Below, piece by piece: positions 55,341 through 64,000 of a stretch of 64,000 nucleotides of DNA (within the stretch, counting starts at the first letter, position 1; each line of letters starts with the position of its first letter). The position numbers were made by a program, and so were the translations under genes. Under the pieces are notes generated by a model that made no database searches, was not told the origin of the DNA, and saw only the letters and a program-made list of their open reading frames with translations. Source of the DNA: Camelus dromedarius (lineage: Eukaryota); NCBI RefSeq assembly GCF_036321535.1, contig NC_087437.1, forward strand, positions 83,268,001 through 83,332,000, in the 5' to 3' direction.

Positions 55341-55624
55341 CACCCATCCCATCTCCACTTAAAACTTGTAAATTTTTTTCCATTGCACTTAAACCAAAGA
55401 CCAAATATTTTAAGCTGGTTATCCTTTATCCTATATCATAATACAGATACAATATTTAACTACATACAGTTTTATTTTTTCATTTACATTGAGTAGATGT
55501 ATTGGTTGTGGCAACCCTAGCTACTTTAAGAAATGGAATGGGTAAACCTGTATTTATATACTGAGCTATACTTAACAATGTACTTCCAAGTACTCTATCA
55601 AATTGTAATCCAAAGAACGAGACA

Positions 55625-58075
55625 GGTGTGATTTCTTAAGTATACAATTCAACAGTGTTAATATATTTATAGAGTTGGGCAACCATCACTACAGTCTAAC
55701 TTCAGAACATGACTAAAAACAGTCACACATTTTTCCCTCCCTCCGTCATGGGAAGCCACTAATCACTTTCTTTCTCTATAGATTTGCCTATTCTGGATAT
55801 TTCACACAAATGGTATCATATACTATGTAGTTTTAATGACTTCTTTCATTAACATAATGTTTTTAATGTTCATTTATATTGTAGCAAGTAACAGCACTTC
55901 ATCCCTTTACATTGCTGAGTAATATTCCATTGTATGGCTATAACGCATTTGTTTATCTGTTCATCAGTTGATGGACATAGGTTGTTTCCACTGTCCTGCT
56001 GTTATGAATAATGCTACTATAAACATTCATGTATAAGGGTTTTTTTGTTTATTTGGACATACATTTTAATTTATTTTGGTGCTATTGAATATAACTTTTC
56101 TTAATTTCTAAGAAATTTTTTAATTGCTAATTGCTAGTGCATAGAAATATAGTTGATATGTGTATTGATCTTGTATCCTGCAACAGTGCTAAATTTGTTT
56201 ATAAGTTCTATTTGTTCTTTAGTAGATACCTTAGGATTTTCTATATAAAATATCATATTATCTGTAAATATAGTTTTATTTCTTTCTTTCCAGTCTGGAT
56301 GATTTTTATTTCTTTGGCTTGCCTTATTTCAAAATCATAAGGTATATTTTTTAGTTTTCTTTTCTTGTGGTGTCTTTGCTTTTTGTTATCAGGATAATAC
56401 TGGTTGTCATGGTTTGTTTGGGCTGCCATTATAGAATACCAGACTGGGTGGACTATAAACAACAGAAATTTTTTTCTCACATTTCTGAGAAGTCTAAGAT
56501 CGGGGTTACTGCATGGTTGAGTTCTGTCAATTTCCAGTTACATTCTCACATGGTAGAGAGCAGAGAGAGGAAACAAGCTCTGTTGTGACTCTTGGGAGGG
56601 TACTAATCACATTCATGAGGACTCTAACCTCATCACCTTATAAAATTCTAATTATCTCCCCAAAACCCCACCTCTAAATTCCATCACCTTGGGAATTAGA
56701 TTTCAAGTATGAATATTGGAAGACATGAACATTCAGTCTATAGCACTGGCCCTATAGAATGAGTTAGGAGATGTTCCCTCCTCTTCTATTTTTAGAAGAG
56801 TTTATAAAAAATTAGTATTAATTTGTCTTTAATTGTATGGTAAAATTCACCCATGAAGCCATCTGAGACTGGGCTTTTCTTTGTGGAAAGTTTTAAAGTT
56901 ACTGATTTATTATTCTCTTATTGTAGGTTTATTCAGATTTTCTGGACTTAGTTTGGTAGTTTGTTGCTCCCTAGAAATTAATCAGTTTCTTCTATCTAAT
57001 TTATTGGCATAGCAGTGTTCATAGTATTCCCCTATAATTCTTCTTCTGTATGGTCAATAGTGATGTCCCCTCCTTGATTCTTGGTTTTAGTTATTGAAGT
57101 CTTCTCTGTTTTAGTCTTGGTTAGTCTTGCTAAAGGAATGTTAATTTTTTTTTCAAAGAATCAACTTTTGGTTTTGCTTATCTTCTCTATTGCTTTTCTA
57201 TTTTCTGTTTCATTAATGTTTTTCTCTCTATTATTTCTCTCCTTACGCTTACTTTGAAATTAGCTTGTTACTCTTTTTCTGATTTCCAAAGATGGAAATT
57301 TAGACTGTTTATTTAAGATCTTTTTTCTCTTTTACAGCTATAAAATCCCTTTAAGTACTGCTTTAGCTACCTTTCATAGTTTTGATGTGTTTTGTTTTTG
57401 TTTACATGCATCTCAAATATTTTTTAATTTGCCTTTTGTCTTGAAATCTGTTTTTCTGATATTAGTATAGCCACCACAGCTTTCTTGTTGCTGTATGTAT
57501 GGTATAAGATTTTCTATTTAGAAGAATGAAAGCCAGTTGTATCTTTGAATCTAAAGTGTATCTTCTCTAGACAGTGTGTGGTTGTATATTTTTTATTATG
57601 TCTGACAATTTTTGCCTTTCTATTGGACTGCTAAGTTCATTCACATTTAATGTTATTATTAATATAGTTGGATTTACTTCTGCCATTTGATTTTTGTTTT
57701 CTATATGTCTTATGTTATATTTTCTCTATATTCCTCCTTTGTTACTTTTTAGGTATATTCTAGACTGTTACTATACCTTTAATAGTTTTAAAATATATCT
57801 TGAGTTTTTTTCTCACTGCTTGTCCTAGGACTTATAATATACATCTTCTCTTATTATAGTCTACTTCAGACTTATATTAATTTAACACTAGGAAAATAAG
57901 ACCTGTACTATTACATCTATATACCTTACAGGACAATTGTTACAATGGTTGCTTAGTGTAGTCTTATGGCTCTTAAATGAGCTGAAGGATAAAAAGGAAA
58001 GAAAGATACATATTTATAGAATTTGTTACATTAACCTTTTAAATTACCATTTCTGGTTATCTTCAGTTACCATAT
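55625..58075 (-). mobile_element. Fragmented old L1, interrupted by an MLT1
   Basis: Antisense L1 3'UTR and ORF2 phrases throughout. Confidence 0.75.
56405..56746 (-). mobile_element. MLT1A-like LTR
   Basis: GGGCTGCCATTATAGAATACCAGACTGGGTGG...TTTTCTCACATTTCTG...GAACATTCAGTCTATAGCA. Confidence 0.85.
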
Positions 58076-58079
58076 GGTG

Positions 58080-59690
58080 TTTTTTTTAAATTGAAGTATA
58101 GTTGATTTACAATATTAATATAAATTTCAGATATACAGTGTAGCGATTCAATACTTTTATAGGTCATACTCCATTTAAATTTATTATAAAATATTGGCTA
58201 TATTCCCTGTGTAGTGCATTACATCCTTGTAGCTTATTTATTTTAGATATAGTAGTTGGTACAACTTAATCCCCAACCCTATCTTGCCCTTACCCCCTTC
58301 CCTCTCCCCACTGGTAACCACTAGTTTGTTCTCTATATCTATGAGTCTGTTCTGTTTTGTTATATTCATTTGTTTCAGTTTTTAGATTCTACATATAAGT
58401 AATAATGTACAGCCTTTGTATTTCTCTGTCAGGCTTATTTCACTAAGTGTAATATTCTCTAGGTCCATTGTGTTGTTGCAAATAGCAAAATTTTTATTCT
58501 TTTTTATGGCTGAGTAGTAGTCCATTGTGTGTGTATATATCTATATCTGTATATATCTATATATCCTTCTTTATCCGTTCATCTGTTGATTATTGAGGTT
58601 GCTTCCATATCTTAGCTGTTACAAATAATGCTGCTATGAATATTGGGGTGCATGTATCTATCACTTTGAATTAGCATTTCAATTTTCTTCAGCTTTATAC
58701 CCAGGAGTGGAATTTCTGTATCATATGGGAGTTCTATTTTCAGTTTTTTGAGGAACCTCCATACTGTTTCCCATAATGACTGCACCAATTTACAGTCCCA
58801 CCAACAGTGTACTAGCGTTCCCTTTCTCCACATCCACTCCAGCATTTGTTATTTGTAGTCTTTTTGATGATAGCCATTCTGACAGGCATGAGGTGATTGT
58901 GCTGTTGATTTATATTTCTCTGATGATTATCAATGTTAAGCATGTTTTCATGTGCCTGTTGGCCATCTGTGTTTCTTCTTTGGAAAAATGTTTATTCAGG
59001 TCTTCTGCCCATTTTTCATTGGGTGGTTTGTTTTTTATATTAAGTTTTATGAGCTGTTTATGTATTTGGGGTATTAACCCCTTATAATCACTTACATTAT
59101 TTGCAATTATTTTCTCCCATTCGCAAATATTTTCTCCCATTCACTAGGTTATCTTTTCATTTTTTTGATGGTTTCCTTTGTTGTGCAAAAGCTTTTAAGT
59201 TTAATTACATCCCATTTGCATATTTTTAGTTTTGTTTTCTTTAAGTTAGGAGATAGATTCAAAAAAATATCGGTACAATTTATGTTAAAGAGTGTTCTGC
59301 CTATGTGTTCTAGGAGTTTTATGATTTCTGGTCTTACATTTAGGCCTATAATTAATTTTGAGTTTATTTTTGTATATGGTGTGAGAAAATGTTCTAATTT
59401 CATTCTTTTGCATATAGCTGTCTAGTATTCCCAGCACCACTTATTGAAGAGACTCTTTTCTCCATTGTGTAAGCTTGCCTCCTTTGTCATAGATTGATTG
59501 GCCATAAGTGCATGTGTTTATTTCTGGACTTTCTATTCTGCTCCATTGGTCTATGTGTCTGTTTTTGTGATAGTACCATGCAGTTTTGATTACTGTAGTA
59601 TTGTAGTATAGTCAAGTCAGGGACAATTACTCTTGCTTTGTTCTTTTTTCTCAAGATTACTTTGGTTATTTGGGGTTTTTTGTGGTTCCG
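58080..59690 (-). mobile_element. 5'-truncated L1 (ORF2 C-terminus and 3'UTR)
   Basis: Minus ORFs [16 protein letters not shown] and [30 protein letters not shown]; poly-T at 58080. Confidence 0.92.
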
Positions 59691-62418
59691 TGAAGAGATT
59701 TATTTTTGAAACTTTAAAGGAAGTAACACTGGTGACTCAAAGGATTGAGAAAGTTTCTGCAGTCAATAATAAGAGTTAAGTAGTATATACATATTACAGG
59801 TTGGGAACTGGTTGCTTCCAAATGTGTTTCGGGAACCAGTCAGCTCTTGCCACCAATTCATCCCATAATTGCATTGTAAAGAGTCAGGGATCTTGACGTT
59901 GAAGGAGCTCAGAAAAGAAGAGGCAAGTGAGAATTCCCAGCTGACAAGGACCTGATTTGAATCAGGATTAACAAGGATTGAATTAACCAATACCCTATAT
60001 AATTTGAGTTTGACTTAAAGTCTCTCATTATCACCCCAGCACTCATTTAGAGATGTTTTAGGGAATGATGGAAATATCTACTAATAATGCCCATTGCTTG
60101 CTCCTCATATGAGAATTGAAAAGTTACTTAGTGAAACTGTTATCTAATTTCTTGTCACCAAACCAAACTTTTGCTAATTTCCCTTGGGCAATTTCTCATT
60201 ATCTCAAATAATTACCATTCTCATGGCATCTTGTTAAAATTTTTTTTTCCTCCCATAGGAGCAAAGATGATTACTCTCAAGTCTGGCATAACACAGGACT
60301 TGATATAGTCTGTATTTCAGTAATCATAGTTGGCTTCATCCTTGCTTTCTGAAAGTCCTAAATGAGTTTATATTGAAAGGAGAGTTCCCCTGTGCCAGCA
60401 TCTCCTCAGTTGCATATCAAGAGATTCTTCCTGGCCCAGTTTCTTCTCACTTAATTACCCACCTTGGATATTGATCTAAGGCTGCCTCTTAAAAGGAGAG
60501 CAAACTATCCCAGAAGATGTGCTGCAAAACTCTCTGAGCTATTTTAAAACAGGCTTGAAACTCTACATTTATAGCCCACTAAACTAGGAGGCAAAGTTTT
60601 ATCTTCTTTATCCCCAGTTTACTTTGATTCCCTTTATTGGGAACATGATAATTTTTAGTCTTCAATACTTCAAGAATTCCTTAACAAAAATAAGACTACG
60701 TACAGTATTAACAACTAAACAGGTAACTCTGAAATCTGGTAGTGGTTCATTTGTCCTAAAGAAGTATTTACATTTGCAAATTTTCAGGTTTTCCATCTGT
60801 CCTCCCTGACTTTGTTTAATGCCCTCTTCAGGTTATCCTAAATAGGAGCAGTGGTTGTTTATTCTTTCATGGTGACCAGTCTTCTGTGGTTGCAAAGTGG
60901 TAACCAACACAAAAATGCTGGCAGGTTAGTGAACCCCTATGTGTTGTTTAGTGTGAATAAATATTTATAGATCTTATAGGTGGTATGGATCAACCTTGCT
61001 GCAGAATCCAAGTATTATATTGTTTGAAGATTCACATTTTACGGTTATAGATAAGATTAGCATGTTTGACTTATTTGGCCTTAGCTTGAACTTTAATGTC
61101 ATACTGACACAAAGTTCTGTTTATCTGCCGTTACTCACTCCAAAAAGAGCATGATCACCATATCGATTTAGTTCTCTGCTTCTTAGTTAACAGTGCCTGA
61201 GATATTTAACATAACACTGCATGTGTATGATTACTGTGGCTTTTAAAGATAGATTCAGAAATAGTCTACAAGTGTACAGAATTCTATCAAAACAGCAACA
61301 CAGTTTCAACATCTTCTTAATCCAGCTCCCACTGATCAGAGAAAAGTTTTATAAAGTATCAAGTAAATGTACAATGGCCTGGCCATGGCCCTTGTGAATG
61401 GAACATCATAGTTGACACAGATGTGAGAAATAATAAACCCACGGCTTAACGTCATTTCTGTTCAGATAATCAAGCATGCAGAGGGGTCTTTTTATTGCTG
61501 TAAAGAATATATATTAAAATATGAAGATCTGTGAAGGTCAAAATGTCCCAACCGTCATTATCTTTCAGAAGACTATAGTGGTTTCTATCTTGAGGCCTTA
61601 AAATGGCTATGACTCACTCCATACTATACTTGCCTCATCCAGAGAATTTTTGAAAAATGTATACAATAGATTCAGTTGATTTTTTTTATCTGTACCCTGT
61701 GTCTTACAAAAGTAATTAATGTTGGCTCATAAAAGTTAATTTAATCCTTTTTATCCATATGTTTTCTGTAAGACAATGTAAACTAGGAAAAGTCCAAATC
61801 TCTCCACACGTTCTCAAGTCAAAAAGAAAAAGAAAAAAGAGAAACTACAGATGAGCAAGGAGAACAAAAACATTCATAAAACACACCTTCAGTATAACTA
61901 GGAAACAGAGAATACTATGAAATTTAATTTACAGGTAAGCAGTAAATTATACCCAAGCACTCACTCTAGACACTGGACCAGACTAAAAAGATGATGAAGA
62001 CTCTACAGAAAAGAGAGAGAGAGAGAGAGAAGAACTGAGGCCTCAGAGCAGCAGAACACAGATAAAATCAATCCCAGATATAGGAGGTTCCATCCTCAGT
62101 GGAGAAAATATCGAGGACCAGCCTGAAACTTGGTAGGTAAGAGCAAAGGCTATGAAGTATTGAAAGGAAGACACCTGGAAGGATGCGGGAGTGAAATAAG
62201 CAGTCTCAGTGAAAGCATCACCTCTGTGGAAGGAGGGACATGGAAGACAGACGAACCTCTAACTAGCTTGGTAGTAAAGAGAAAAAAGGAAATTAGAGTC
62301 CTAAAGAAACAAAAGAGAATCACAAAATCAGGGGACACTTCAAACTCTCCTCCGTGGAAGGTTCTAGAAATCTGAAACTTTCATTTCACTATAGGCCAAC
62401 AGAAGGACATGGTGAACT

Positions 62419-62443
62419 AAAAAAAAAAAAAAAAAAAAAAAAA
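62419..62443 (+). repeat. Poly(A) run of about 25 nt within old L1-like sequence
   Basis: Homopolymer seen directly. Confidence 0.9.
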
Positions 62444-62877
62444 AGCCTAGTAAACTATCTATACTGCTACCTGTTTATCTATAACTGAATTGACAGTCCT
62501 AGAAGATTGGACATTTCAAATGACCAGAAAGCAATTGCAAATATCCTTAGTAAGCTATTATAAGAATAAAACAAAACTAAAACCAATGCATTTCTACTTT
62601 TTTTCCCCTAAAAACATTCATAGAGCAGGACATAATTGTGACATAGTATCATAGGACATCAACTCAAATAAACATTCTTAAATAAGCACATATATATTTA
62701 AAAAAATCAAAACTTCTAAAACTAAGAACAGATAAGGGCTAAAATTAAGGTGTGAGGTAACAGTTGACCAGACTCGGGAAAGAATCAAAGACAAAATATT
62801 CTTAGAAATAGATTTAACTATAAGGTGTGAAAGAAAAATATACTTTATTGAAAATATATTGAAGGAAATTGAATGAG

Positions 62878-63362
62878 ATAGCCAGTTCCCAAAGACGGCC
62901 CCTAATGAACCGCATCTCCTGGTATTCCTGCTCTTGTGTAGTCCCCACCTACACTGAATCTGGGCTGGCCCAAGGACTTTAAATAATAGACTGTGGCAAA
63001 ACTATTGCTGTACTAGGTCAGGCATAAGAAGTTACTTCCACTTTTGGACCCAGAGAGATCACACAGAGAGAGATAATACCTGAAATCACATAGGGAATAA
63101 GATAGGCCCAAAGACTCTAGCATCTCAGCTGAACCCAGTATTCCAGTCGTCTTCACTAATGGACTGGATTTGTAAATGAGTCATATTGGAGAATCCAGGC
63201 TAATCGTGTCTGCAGTTGCCTGCAGACCAGCTGACAGTACATGGAGCAAAATTATCGCCCATTTGAGCCTGGCCAAACCACTGAATTGTGAGAGATAGTA
63301 ATTAGACTATTGGCAGGTCGCTAAATTTTGTCACTTTTATGCATAAGTAAATAATAGAAACA
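62878..63362 (+). mobile_element. MLT1 (MaLR) LTR
   Basis: CCAAAGACGGCCCCTAATGAACC...CTCTTGTGTAGTCCCC..CACTGAATCTGGGCTGGCC...GAATTGTGAGAGATAGTA...GCTAAATTTTG...AATAGAAACA. Confidence 0.75.
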
Positions 63363-64000
63363 TTAAGAAAAGTCATGAAAAAAAAAAAAAAAGAAAAGTC
63401 ATGAAAACAACCAAGTGAGAAAAATGAAAGTTAAGAGGTAAAAATAGAGAAAAAAATTGATATAACTGATACGCAAATAAAATCCAACATATATATAATG
63501 AACTCCTGAAGAAGAAAAATCATTTAAATAGAATTATGAAAATAATAATCTGACAAAACTTTCCAAAAATAAAAATATATGAATCTATATATTAGGTCCA
63601 TTATAAACTTTTAAAAATTAAGGGAAATAATCAACTTGAGACATGTTACATTAAAACTATTAAATTTTAAATAAAGAAAATACCATGGGCTTCCACATGG
63701 TAGTAAAAAGAAAGGAAAGGAAAATAGGTTGGCATCGGATTTTTTCAGTGGTAACATATATCCAGCCATGTTCAGTGCAATAATGTTTCCAGAAATTCAG
63801 GGAAGGGAATTTTCAATTATTTGTTATTATAACCTTATTTTCTCTCTCCAGTCTTTCTTTGTTTTTAATCTATTTTTCATACTTTCACAAGAATTGAACC
63901 TTCAAAATCTATTTTTCAATCTTGCTCATTACCTTTCATTGGTACTCATTTATCTAATAAAGCCCGACTTACTAGCATGATGTAAGTGGTTTTCCATTGT

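Noticed and set aside
59700..64000. GABRR3 exons or another OR pseudogene expected from human synteny
   Set aside because: I recognised no GABA receptor or OR peptide motifs; a TBLASTN search would be needed to exclude highly decayed remnants.

Overview
This is AT-rich mammalian genomic DNA, most likely camelid, judged from two tRNA-derived SINEs resembling the camelid Vic-1 family. It holds part of a class II olfactory receptor cluster matching the OR5K/OR5H/OR5AC cluster (human 3q11). There are four single-coding-exon OR loci, all on the minus strand: OR5K-like (4796-5722), OR5H-like (23670-24599), an OR5AC-like gene with two compensating frameshifts in TM3 (37629-38537) and an intact OR5AC2-like gene (50349-51272). 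Most of the remainder is interspersed repeat: L1, ERV-L/MLT2, MaLR, ERV1 LTRs, SINEs and hAT remnants. I see no convincing new biological system. The most unusual items are: (1) a decayed copy of the Gag-derived gene ZCCHC18/ZCCHC12 covering roughly the capsid-like domain, fused tail-to-tail to an inverted downstream fragment of the same gene; (2) the OR whose ORF looks intact but has a scrambled TM3; (3) an apparent gene-conversion tract between the two OR5AC paralogs; (4) a fixed-spacing motif block upstream of three ORs; (5) a candidate Lhx2/Ebf-type enhancer at about 60 kb; (6) several locally templated duplications or insertions. Gene and repeat family names come from recalled sequences, not database searches, and repeat boundaries are approximate.
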